Assembly (NCBI GenBank): GCA_001782235.1
Contig: MFOC01000007.1
Coordinates: 315,909 to 379,908, forward strand
DNA length: 64,000 nt
Direction: 5' to 3'
Source of the DNA: Candidatus Levybacteria bacterium RIFCSPHIGHO2_02_FULL_40_18
GTDB taxonomy: Bacteria > Patescibacteriota > Microgenomatia > Levybacterales > GWA1-39-11
The notes below the pieces were generated by a model, which did no database searches, was not told the DNA's origin, and was given only the letters and a program-made list of their open reading frames with translations. Position 1 is the first letter of the stretch, and every line of letters begins with the position of its first letter. The position numbers and the translations under genes were made by a program. Below are positions 29,082 to 37,919 of the stretch, in pieces.

Positions 29082-29551
29082 ATTTTTTCTTCCAGTCTTG
29101 TTGTAGAGTAATTTTTAATCCTTGAAATTACTTCAACAAGGTTGCCGCCGACCATCTTAGCGTATCTTTTTTTAAGATTCGAAAGCGCATCGGTTTTTGT
29201 GACTGCAATTATATCAGGTTGGAGCGTTTTTACAAGTTCTTCATAGTCTTGATCGCGTCTAAAGTAGGGAAGAAGAATAACATAATCAACCATAATAAAT
29301 CTTGATAGCACAAAAGCTCTGTCTTCCTGTGTGTTGACCGGTCTATTTTTGCCTTTAATTTCCCTTGTCTTTAAATCACTCTCCAAGAGCGCAATTAAAA
29401 TATCTCCCTCTTTTTTTGCTGCTTCAAGAAACTCAACATGGCCTTTATGGATTAAATCAAATATTCCACCAACCAACACAATCCTTTGTCCCTGGTGTTT
29501 TATTTTTTTTATTGTCCTCGCTGCTTGTTCGACCGTAATTATTTTCCCCAT
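29078..29551 (-). CDS. Cytidylyltransferase-like protein (RfaE2/TagD family)
   Basis: GGIFDLIHKGH, ESD....KG..RP, PDII, YSTT motifs. Confidence 0.88.
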   Translation of the reverse strand: MGKIITVEQAARTIKKIKHQGQRIVLVGGIFDLIHKGHVEFLEAAKKEGDILIALLESDLKTREIKGKNRPVNTQEDRAFVLSRFIMVDYVILLPYFRRDQDYEELVKTLQPDIIAVTKTDALSNLKKRYAKMVGGNLVEVISRIKNYSTTRLEEKI

Positions 29552-29590
29552 ATTCTTAAAGTCCTAAATTCTAATATCTAAATCATAGTT

Positions 29591-29733
29591 AATAAGAAAT
29601 TGGTTGTTGGAAATAAGAAAATGGTAATAGAAATTAGATATTAGAAATTGGTTTTTATTTATTTTTATTTAACTATTGTCTATTTTCTACTTTCCATTAC
29701 TAATTTCCATTTTCCTATAACTATTTTCTAATA
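29591..29733. mobile_element. 143-bp periodic inverted-arm element (family A), inverted duplicate of 46503-46645
   Basis: Reverse complement matches 46503-46645 at 139/143 positions (manual alignment). Confidence 0.85.
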
Positions 29734-29739
29734 TATTAA

Positions 29740-31161
29740 TTATTCTTTGGTTCCTCGCAAGAAAATCGCCTGCCATGGTCTGTATGAAGAAACGAAAACA
29801 TCGTTAATGACTACTTGTCCGTCTTTTGTGACGGTTCTTGAGAATACGGATTTTCCTCCCGGTGCCGCAAAATCCACTTGTTTCTCAACCCCTTTTGGCA
29901 AATTGGGATCGTCTTGATAAAGAGGGGGCGGAGCAGGTACAACATTTGTTACAACCGGTTGCGTTACCACGACTTTTCTTCCATCAGACTTCCCATAGAT
30001 AGTAAATGTGAGACTCATATTAATAGGGTCAATTAATCCCTGAATTAGTACGTGATTTCCGGTGTCATTTTTAAATTTGAAGTCAACGCTTGGAGCATAC
30101 ACCGTTGCGTCAAATCCGGGCAGAGAGTCTTGTTCGTAGTATCCTACCCGGTACGCATGTGCACGTCTTTCCGTAATTGGCAGGCCCGAGTTTAAAATTG
30201 CCCGAAATAAAGTTGTGGAAACCTGGCAAACTCCGCCTCCGTCTCCAAGCACGGTTCTCCCGTTCTGGATAACATATGCCTCCTTATACCCCGTGAATTT
30301 TGAGACATCGCCAAGAGCTTTATTAAATGAGAATTCTTCACCCGGAGCAATAAGTACTCCATTGATTCGTGATGTTGCTAAGTTTATGTTATAAAATCTA
30401 TTTGCAATTGACCCCACAAAAATAGATTTACCGGCACCAATATCCTCAACTATCCCTAAATTATTTGCCTCCTCTGTTGTCACATCAGGTTTTAAGATTT
30501 TAATTGGGACTTCAATCGCTATGGTTTTTATGTCTCTTTCTCTTATAATTTCTTTGATCCTTTTTCTTAGCTCTTTCTTCACAGCATCAATGTCAATAGT
30601 TTTTCCTTCACTTGATTCCTGGAATGCTACGACCCTGTTATTCTCCACTTTAAATTGAGCATCTTGGGGATCCACGTGAATTACTTTTCGGATTGGTTCA
30701 AGTTCCGCGGTAAGTTTTTCCTCATCAAGTGTATAAGTTGAGGAGAGAAAAGTGCCATTAATATAGGAAGAAAGCGTTATGTAGGTATCGCTGAAAAGAT
30801 TTTTTGTTTTTCCAAGGCTAAGCGCCTGTTCTGTTATTAGGTTGATGTCATATCCGATGTCAAGTTTTTTGGCCGAGACTGTCGCGACATATGAATCTTG
30901 AGAAAAAATAAAAGTGTTCTCCCCAATTTTCTGATTCTTCGCAAGAAAGATTTTCTCAATGTCGGCGCGGGATTTTTCTCCGATATAAACATTATCGATA
31001 AAGATGCCCGGAATGACCCTGTTTTTAAAGGTATGTTGAAAATAAAAAAGAATAAGAGAAGAAAGCACCATGCTCGCCAAAATAAATCCTATCAAAAACC
31101 AATAAGACGATTTTGCGACATGGTAAATCGTTTGTTTTTTACGGGGTGAAAGTCTTAGCAT
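29740..31161 (-). CDS. VanW family protein with peptidoglycan-binding region
   Basis: NI.LA..RING.LI.PGEEFSFN, GGGVCQVSTTLF, DATV..P.VDFKF.N. Confidence 0.92.
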   Translation of the reverse strand: MLRLSPRKKQTIYHVAKSSYWFLIGFILASMVLSSLILFYFQHTFKNRVIPGIFIDNVYIGEKSRADIEKIFLAKNQKIGENTFIFSQDSYVATVSAKKLDIGYDINLITEQALSLGKTKNLFSDTYITLSSYINGTFLSSTYTLDEEKLTAELEPIRKVIHVDPQDAQFKVENNRVVAFQESSEGKTIDIDAVKKELRKRIKEIIRERDIKTIAIEVPIKILKPDVTTEEANNLGIVEDIGAGKSIFVGSIANRFYNINLATSRINGVLIAPGEEFSFNKALGDVSKFTGYKEAYVIQNGRTVLGDGGGVCQVSTTLFRAILNSGLPITERRAHAYRVGYYEQDSLPGFDATVYAPSVDFKFKNDTGNHVLIQGLIDPINMSLTFTIYGKSDGRKVVVTQPVVTNVVPAPPPLYQDDPNLPKGVEKQVDFAAPGGKSVFSRTVTKDGQVVINDVFVSSYRPWQAIFLRGTKE

Positions 31162-31204
31162 TGTTGGCTTTTTGAAATCAACATATTATACTATATGAGA
31201 GTTT

Positions 31205-32590
31205 ATGGATGACAGTCAAAACCCGCAATCCCAGGTTTTAGAACCCACTCCCGAATTGGATAGTCAAAATACGGGGTCAGGTATAAAAAAGATAATCAGC
31301 TTAATAATTGGGCTCGTTTTAATTGTCGCTCTCGTAATTGTAGCTATCATTTTTATACTCCCTCGTTTTAAAGGCGGCGAGCCACGCGAAGCAGAACTTG
31401 TTTACTGGGGTGTCTGGGAGGATTCTCAGGCATTCCGAGAGATAGCGGATGAGTTTATGAAAGCACATCCCAATATTAAAATAAAATATGAAAAACAAGA
31501 TATTAAAGGTTTGGGAAAGTATGTTGACCGACTTTCAACAAGAATAGCAAATGGAACTGGCCCTGATATTTTTCGCTTTCACAACAGTTGGGCGACTCAA
31601 GTTAGGTCTCTTCTCTTACCATTCCCAAGTGACGTAGTAAATTCTCTTGAAATGGATAAGTTTTATAAGGTTATTCAAGAGGATCTTAAAATTAGCGGTG
31701 CATATTATGGCGTTCCTATTCAATTTGACACTCTTGCCCTCTTTGTAAATGTTCAAAGTTTTGCTGCGGCGGGCATTAACGAATATCCGTCAACATGGGA
31801 TGATCTTCTAGATGCCGCTCGCAAACTTACCGTCAAAGACGCTTCCGGCAGACTAGTTTCTTCAGGAGTTGCTCTTGGTACATACGATAATATTGCCCAT
31901 GCATCTGATATTATTTCTTTGCTTCTAATTCAGAATGGAGCAAACCTTAAGGATCTTAACGGCGAATCAAAACTGAATGCATTTGACACATTGGATTTCT
32001 ATACATCTTTTGCTCGGGGAGACGCAAAAGTTTGGGATGACACACTTGAGAATTCAAAGCTTGCCTTCGCAAAAGGAAAGTTGGCTATGTATTTTGGATA
32101 TTCATGGGACATATTAGACATCAAGGCATTAAATCCAAACCTTGAGTTTGCGGTTGTGCCGGTTCCTCATCTTCCATCACGTAATGCTACGATAGCAAGC
32201 TATTGGGTGGAGGGGGTGTCAAATAAAACGGAATTCGCAAGGGAAGCATTTGAATTTATAAAATTCTTGGCAAGTCGGCAGACCATGGAGAAACTTTACA
32301 GTAAAGAATCAAAAGTTAGATTATTTGGGGAGCTTTATCCAAGAACCGATATGGCAGATCTTCTAAAAGCAAATACGTTAATTTATCCCTTCGTGGAACA
32401 AGGTAAAATTGCGACCTCAACCATTTTTTCTTCCGATACCTATGATGATGCTATGGTTGATTCGCTAAATTCTTATTTTGGCAATGCTATAAGGTCTATG
32501 ATTAACCAAAACGCTTCCCCTCAAAGCGCCGTTGAGACGTTGGCAAGCGGCGTGGCTCAGGTTTTGGGCAGATATGAAGAACAACAGTAG
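31205..32590 (+). CDS. Extracellular solute-binding protein (sugar ABC type)
   Basis: TM anchor, YWGVWE, GPDIFRFHN.W, YGVP...DTLALF.N, TWDDL, F.KGKLAMYFG. Confidence 0.85.
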   Translation: MDDSQNPQSQVLEPTPELDSQNTGSGIKKIISLIIGLVLIVALVIVAIIFILPRFKGGEPREAELVYWGVWEDSQAFREIADEFMKAHPNIKIKYEKQDIKGLGKYVDRLSTRIANGTGPDIFRFHNSWATQVRSLLLPFPSDVVNSLEMDKFYKVIQEDLKISGAYYGVPIQFDTLALFVNVQSFAAAGINEYPSTWDDLLDAARKLTVKDASGRLVSSGVALGTYDNIAHASDIISLLLIQNGANLKDLNGESKLNAFDTLDFYTSFARGDAKVWDDTLENSKLAFAKGKLAMYFGYSWDILDIKALNPNLEFAVVPVPHLPSRNATIASYWVEGVSNKTEFAREAFEFIKFLASRQTMEKLYSKESKVRLFGELYPRTDMADLLKANTLIYPFVEQGKIATSTIFSSDTYDDAMVDSLNSYFGNAIRSMINQNASPQSAVETLASGVAQVLGRYEEQQ

Positions 32591-33488
32591 AATTTATCGT
32601 TCAATAATTAAAACGCTTTTATATTCGGATGTTTTTGATTATCCGTTGCGAAAAAGAGAGCTTTGGAAGTTTCTAAATATTCGCGGCCGAGTTAATAAAG
32701 ATTTGTTCAATAAAAATCTTGATGAAATGGTGCAATCAAGGCAGATTAAAATGAAAGACGGATATTATTTTTTAACGGGTAGAGGAAATGTAATATTTAC
32801 AAGGCTAGAAAGAACAAGAATAAGTAGAGACAAGATGGAAATAGCAAACAAAGCCGCAAGAATCCTGTCCTATATACCTACAATAAAATTAATTGGCATC
32901 TCGGGCAGTCTTTCTCTAAAAAACGCTTCGCTACAAGATGATATAGATTTTTTTATTATTGCAAAGCCTGATACTCTCTGGATCACAAGATTTTTAGTAA
33001 ATGTTCTATTGATTATAACTTCCCATAAGAGATCAATTCGAGATTCGCAAGGAATGAACTTGATTTGTCCAAACCTATTTCTTTCAGAATCCGAACTTTC
33101 AATGTCCATAGTGCGCCGCAATTTATTTTCTGCCCGAGAAATCGCCCAGCTATATGTTTTGTTTGAGCGGGACAGAACATATAAAAAATTTCTATCAGCT
33201 AATTTTTGGATAAAGAACTTTTTGCCAAATATTAAGATCCCAAAGAAAAAATATATTCATAAAAATGACAGAAGCATTTTGGGCTTTCTGGATAAGATTT
33301 TTTATGCTCTTCAGTTTTTGTATATGAGTAATAGAATAACGGCTGAGGAGATAAGGCGGAACGCAGCGTATTTTCATCCTAAAAATAAAGGAGAAATTAT
33401 TCTTAAGATCTATAAGCTGAGATATGAAAAGTATTTGAAAAATATACTCCAGGATATTGACAATAAATCACCTTTCCTGTATATATAA
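32574..33488 (+). CDS. Hypothetical protein with nucleotidyltransferase motif
   Basis: YSD.FDYPL N-terminus; GISGSLS......DDIDFFII. Confidence 0.7.
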   Translation: MKNNSRIYRSIIKTLLYSDVFDYPLRKRELWKFLNIRGRVNKDLFNKNLDEMVQSRQIKMKDGYYFLTGRGNVIFTRLERTRISRDKMEIANKAARILSYIPTIKLIGISGSLSLKNASLQDDIDFFIIAKPDTLWITRFLVNVLLIITSHKRSIRDSQGMNLICPNLFLSESELSMSIVRRNLFSAREIAQLYVLFERDRTYKKFLSANFWIKNFLPNIKIPKKKYIHKNDRSILGFLDKIFYALQFLYMSNRITAEEIRRNAAYFHPKNKGEIILKIYKLRYEKYLKNILQDIDNKSPFLYI

Positions 33489-33560
33489 GCTGGTAAATTA
33501 AATTACAAATTCCCCAAGAAACTGCGTCTTGGGGTTACTTGTAAAAAGGGTCAAAAAATT

Positions 33561-34034
33561 ATGGATGCAAAAAGTGTTTACGTGACACGCGACGGTCTTC
33601 ACGAGTTGAAAACTGAACTCGAAGAATTGAACCGGGTTAAACGCCCTGAGGTTCTTGAGAGAGTATCTCAGGCAAGATCCATGGGAGATTTGGCGGAGAA
33701 TTCGGAGTACACGGCGGCCCGGGAAGAACTATCTCTTATCGATGGCAGAATTGAAGAGCTAAGCGAGATAATTAAACGTGCAAGCTTAATTGAAGGAAGC
33801 CATAAAGGAGGCAAAAAAGCAATGGTTCAGCTAGGATCGGTAGTTACTCTCTCGGTAAATGGAAAGAAGGAAGAATTCAATTTGGTTGGCGAATGGGAGG
33901 CGGATCCTAAGGCCAAAAAAATCTCCCATGAATCTCCTCTTGGCAAGGCATTGATAGGTAAGTCAATCGGTGAAAAAGTTGAAGTAGAAGCCCCAGCAGG
34001 AAAAGTAGTCTATACAGTCGTCTCCATTCATTAA
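33561..34034 (+). CDS. greA: Transcription elongation factor GreA
   Basis: ARSMGDLAENSEY.AAREE, EADP....IS.ESPLGKALIG. Confidence 0.97.
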   Translation: MDAKSVYVTRDGLHELKTELEELNRVKRPEVLERVSQARSMGDLAENSEYTAAREELSLIDGRIEELSEIIKRASLIEGSHKGGKKAMVQLGSVVTLSVNGKKEEFNLVGEWEADPKAKKISHESPLGKALIGKSIGEKVEVEAPAGKVVYTVVSIH

Positions 34035-34121
34035 TCTTTGTTAAAATCTTAACAAAACCCCCAAAAAATCTAAAATCTTCTTAAAAATTGACACGCTCTT
34101 TAGGGCTGCTACAATATATAA

Positions 34122-34742
34122 ATGATCGATTACAGCATCGAGCTTGCCCATGTCTACGCAGATGAATCAATAAGGGATGAACAGATTAGGTCGCTTGTGG
34201 AAGGGGCAAGAATAATAAAGGAATTAAGCACAAGCTCTAAAAGCTTTTCAGTTTCTATTTTAATAGATGATTATAGCGTTCCCACTTTTACAGTTGATAC
34301 GAATAGATTAATTGATTTGGCAAAAAGTCATGGCATCTTAATTGACTTCATTGTAAAAGAAGCAAGGTTGAGCGCGGTAGCAGACCTTTTTTTGAAAGAA
34401 ATAAACCCTGGTGTATTGAGCACAGAAGAATTTCCCAAAGCAGGAAAACACAGCCTTGTTCTAACAAACAAAGGAGAGAAAATCGGCATCAGGGATTATT
34501 TCAGTGGTCATCAAAAAAACACATGCGCATCTCTTATTGCCGTATGGCAGCTTGCAAGACTTGGAGTTTATGAATTGGAAAAGGAGACCTTCATTAAACG
34601 TTCTGAAAAGCCTTTCTCGGCAGCAAGAACAATAACTGTATTACCTGAAAAGTACAGAGAAAGCGAAAATAAAGCAACTATTATCCTAAAGAACAGTAAT
34701 TTTGCTCATTTAGTTGACAAAATTGAACATGTTTTCTTTTAA
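34122..34742 (+). CDS. Hypothetical protein resembling the Streptomyces SCO2522 family
   Basis: SIELAHVY, ILIDDY, C..L.AVWQL.RLG and RTITVLP..Y...E motifs, recalled from that family (not database-checked). Confidence 0.55.
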   Translation: MIDYSIELAHVYADESIRDEQIRSLVEGARIIKELSTSSKSFSVSILIDDYSVPTFTVDTNRLIDLAKSHGILIDFIVKEARLSAVADLFLKEINPGVLSTEEFPKAGKHSLVLTNKGEKIGIRDYFSGHQKNTCASLIAVWQLARLGVYELEKETFIKRSEKPFSAARTITVLPEKYRESENKATIILKNSNFAHLVDKIEHVFF

Positions 34743-34777
34743 GGAAACGTTGCTTTTGCCAATGCTGCTATGCTACC

Positions 34778-35461
34778 ATGACAATAGAAATGGAATCTAT
34801 GGCTGGAGAGGGCGGAATGACAAATATATCAGTTGTTTCAGGTGCATCAATTTCGCCAAATGAAAGAACAAAATTTATGGATGGAGTTATGGAGGTCGAA
34901 CATAATTCTTGGCCACCAGAACTCGTGGGGCCAAGATGGAAATATGAGTCTAGACTAGAAATATTTCCAGATGGGTTTTTTTCCGCAGTGGAAGATGGTA
35001 AAACGAGGGGTTTTACTATCTCAGAGATTATGAATTACGACCCTGATTCCAAAAAAAGCTGGAATGAATTAACTGACAATGGTACTTTTAAGACTACCCA
35101 TAATCCCGAAGGCGATTCCTTATACGTTTCAACGGTTGTAGTTGCAAAAGATGCACAGGGTAAAGGAATAGGGGGGGAACTTGTTGATGTTCAAAAAGAA
35201 CTTGTAAAAAGGTTGCGTCTCAAGCGTCTATTTTTAGGTGCAAGAGCGCCAGGGTACGATAAATATTGCAGAGAAAACGGAGAAGTAACTGTAGAGGATT
35301 ATATAAAATTGAAAAATGAAAAAGATGAGCCTTTTGATCCTGAAATTAGATTTTATTCAAGACAAGGTTTACGACCAACAAAAGCGATTCCGGATTTTGA
35401 ACCCGACGATGCGAGCAGAAATTACGGCGTTGTAATGGTTTGGGATAATGCTTCGATGTAA
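34778..35461 (+). CDS. GNAT acetyltransferase (YkwB-like)
   Basis: SRLEIFPDG, WNELTDNG, HNPEGDSLY, QGKGIG, GAR.PGY, DP.I.FY, D.AS.NYG. Confidence 0.8.
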   Translation: MTIEMESMAGEGGMTNISVVSGASISPNERTKFMDGVMEVEHNSWPPELVGPRWKYESRLEIFPDGFFSAVEDGKTRGFTISEIMNYDPDSKKSWNELTDNGTFKTTHNPEGDSLYVSTVVVAKDAQGKGIGGELVDVQKELVKRLRLKRLFLGARAPGYDKYCRENGEVTVEDYIKLKNEKDEPFDPEIRFYSRQGLRPTKAIPDFEPDDASRNYGVVMVWDNASM

Positions 35462-35518
35462 ACTCCCTAGCACTCATCTTCCGGTGTAATTTTCCTCAAA
35501 TTAAGCTATAATTACCTC

Positions 35519-37000
35519 ATGTTTTGGGCGGATAAAATACTTGAAGATCAAAAGGGAAAGCAATTAATTAATGACTCATGGACTCCGTCTGGAATAGTGC
35601 ATATGGGCTCCTTAAAAGGCCCTGTAATTCACGATACTTTGTTTCGAATCCTCAAGGAAAAAGGCACAGATGTAAAGTTCATGTATGGATTCGATGATTT
35701 TGATCCTATCGATGGATTACCGGCAGATCTTGCTGAATTCCACAGTAAATATCTCGGCGTTCCAATATCAATTGCTCCTTCGCCAGATGGCAATGGATCT
35801 TTTGGGGATTATTTTGGAAACAAAATGAAAAAGTTGCTTGATAAACTTGGCATTGAAGCTGAGATGTATAAAACAAGCGAGCTTTACAGTGGGGGGAAAT
35901 TCAATGATGCAATAATTTATGTTCTTGACCACGCCCAGGAAATAAGAGATGTCTACGGGAAAATCTATAAAAAAGAAATTGGGAAAGACTGGCATCCTCT
36001 TCAGGTCATTTGCCCAAATTGTGGGAAATTAGGAACAACTCGCGTCACTTCTTGGGATGGAAAAGAAGTATCTTTTTCATGCGAGGAAGATCTAGTCGAA
36101 TGGGCAAAAGGTTGTAGAATAAAAGGCAAACTTGATCCATTGAATGGAAATAGCAAGATGCTATGGAAAGTTGAATGGGCTGCAAAATGGTGGACCTTTG
36201 GTGTAACTATTGAGGGCGCGGGTAAAGATCATGCGTCAGCAGGCGGTTCATATGATGTAGCATTGCAGCTTGCTTCTGATGTGTTTAAAATTAAAAGACC
36301 ATTACAGTTTGGCTATGAGTTTTTCCTAGTAGGCGGAAAGAAAATGTCCTCATCAAAAGGAATTGGATTGACAGGGGAAGAATTACTAGAAGTTTTAACA
36401 CCTCAGGTCGCGCGTTTTTTGATGATTAAAACAAGGCCGGAACAAGCAGTCGAATTTGATCCAAGAAGTCCTGACATAATTCCAAGACTTTACGATGACT
36501 ACCAAATAGCTGCTAACAGTAAGGATGACTTTCATAGAGCATTTATGTTGTCGCAAACAGGGGGAGCTGAGAAAGTTCCCGAATTAAGATTCTGGTCATT
36601 GTCTCAATGGATCCAGTTCCCAGACATGGAGAGTGAGATTAAGAGTGAAGGATTGGAAAATTGGTCCTCTTATGCCAAAACCTGGGTAGAAAAGTATGCA
36701 CCAGGCGACATTAAATTTTCTATCCAGGAGAGCATTCCAGAGCAAGCCAGGAGTTTAACACAAAAACAAAAGGAGTTTTTAGGTAAAAAGTTGTTGCCGG
36801 AAATTGACAACGCAAAAGATCCAGAGGTATATCAAAGAAATATCTATGAATGGGCAAAGGAGTATGGTTTATCATCAGCTGAAGCATTTGAAGCAATATA
36901 TAAATCACTAATAGGAAAAGATCATGGTCCCAAAGCTGCTTGGTTAATATTTAAGTATAAGGATATAGCTAAAAAGAGATTCCAGGAAATTGCTTCTTGA
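35519..37000 (+). CDS. lysS: Lysine--tRNA ligase, class I
   Basis: TPSGIVHMG (HIGH-like), DDFDP, C..CG, WKVEWAAKW, EGAGKDH, KMSSSKG, GPKA. Confidence 0.95.
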   Translation: MFWADKILEDQKGKQLINDSWTPSGIVHMGSLKGPVIHDTLFRILKEKGTDVKFMYGFDDFDPIDGLPADLAEFHSKYLGVPISIAPSPDGNGSFGDYFGNKMKKLLDKLGIEAEMYKTSELYSGGKFNDAIIYVLDHAQEIRDVYGKIYKKEIGKDWHPLQVICPNCGKLGTTRVTSWDGKEVSFSCEEDLVEWAKGCRIKGKLDPLNGNSKMLWKVEWAAKWWTFGVTIEGAGKDHASAGGSYDVALQLASDVFKIKRPLQFGYEFFLVGGKKMSSSKGIGLTGEELLEVLTPQVARFLMIKTRPEQAVEFDPRSPDIIPRLYDDYQIAANSKDDFHRAFMLSQTGGAEKVPELRFWSLSQWIQFPDMESEIKSEGLENWSSYAKTWVEKYAPGDIKFSIQESIPEQARSLTQKQKEFLGKKLLPEIDNAKDPEVYQRNIYEWAKEYGLSSAEAFEAIYKSLIGKDHGPKAAWLIFKYKDIAKKRFQEIAS

Positions 37001-37554
37001 TGAAAAAGCTTTGCTTTGTAACCAGCAATAAGGACAAGGTAGATGAAGCGAGAGAAATCCTTGGAATACCAATTGAAATAGTTGATATAGATATTGATGA
37101 GATCCAGAGCATGGATCTTAGGAAAATCGTAAAGCATAAGGCTCTTGCGGCATATAAAAGAGTTAAAAGACCCGTGATTGTTGATGATGTAAGTTTTGAG
37201 GTTCGCGCATGGAATGGTTTTCCCGGTCCGTTTATTAAGTATATTTGTCAGGTGAGCAATAATACATGCGACCTTATGCTTAGAATGCTATCGGCAGAAA
37301 AAGATAGAACCGTCAAAGTTATCGCAGGAATCGGTTATCATGATGGCAAGAGAGTACATGTAATTGAAGGATCATTTATTGGGACAATAGTCGAACGAAG
37401 AGGAGATAGGGGATGGGGGTTTGATCCGTATGTTATTCCACGAGGTTATACAAAGACATTTGGTGAACTTTCGGAAAGTGTAAAAAATAAGATCTCACAT
37501 AGAGCACGGGCATTGCGGAAGTTCAAAAAATTACTTAATAGCCAAAAGAAATAA
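36997..37554 (+). CDS. Non-canonical purine NTP pyrophosphatase (HAM1/RdgB/ITPase family)
   Basis: TSNKDKV.E, EIQ, DD, GFPGPFIK, WGFDP, KNKISHRARAL. Confidence 0.93.
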   Translation: MMKKLCFVTSNKDKVDEAREILGIPIEIVDIDIDEIQSMDLRKIVKHKALAAYKRVKRPVIVDDVSFEVRAWNGFPGPFIKYICQVSNNTCDLMLRMLSAEKDRTVKVIAGIGYHDGKRVHVIEGSFIGTIVERRGDRGWGFDPYVIPRGYTKTFGELSESVKNKISHRARALRKFKKLLNSQKK

Positions 37555-37567
37555 AACGAGATATAAT

Positions 37568-37912
37568 TTAGTGATTAGGATTAAAGGATTAAAGTGATTA
37601 GTAATTATAAGGAGTTACTCTTTTGGCAAAGGGCTCATCAGGTCATATTGTTAGTGATAAAATTATGTAAAAATCTACCTAAGGATGGGATTTCGGTAAT
37701 TTTAATTAATCAAGTAATAAGAGCAGCGGGTTCAGTGGGGGCAAATATTGCTGAAGGCTTCGGAAGATATAAGGGGAAAGAGTATAAACGTTTTATTCAA
37801 ATCGCTTTAGGATCGGCGAACGAGACAGAATACTGGCTACTAGTAATTTCCGAAAGAAAATTAAACAACAAGCAATAACTAATCATTTTAGTCTTTTAGT
37901 CTTTTAATCTTA
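37568..37912 (+). mobile_element. Four-helix-bundle gene cassette bounded by inverted 8-nt-period arms
   Basis: Left GGATTAAA-GGATTAAA-GTGATTAG; right CTAATCAT-TTTAGTCT-TTTAGTCT-TTTAATCT, approximately its reverse complement. Confidence 0.6.
37594..37878 (+). CDS. Four helix bundle protein (23S rRNA IVP/TIGR02436-like), C-terminally shortened
   Basis: YKEL..WQ.A, Q..RAA.SV.ANIAEG.GR...KEY.RF..IA.GS..ETEYWL; last helix appears missing. Confidence 0.85.
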   Translation: MISNYKELLFWQRAHQVILLVIKLCKNLPKDGISVILINQVIRAAGSVGANIAEGFGRYKGKEYKRFIQIALGSANETEYWLLVISERKLNNKQ

Positions 37913-37919
37913 AACAATT

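Noticed and set aside
37594-37878. Diversity-generating retroelement suggested by the Avd-like fold
   Set aside because: No reverse transcriptase and no TR/VR pair with adenine-specific mismatches was seen. The 143-bp duplicate is non-coding.
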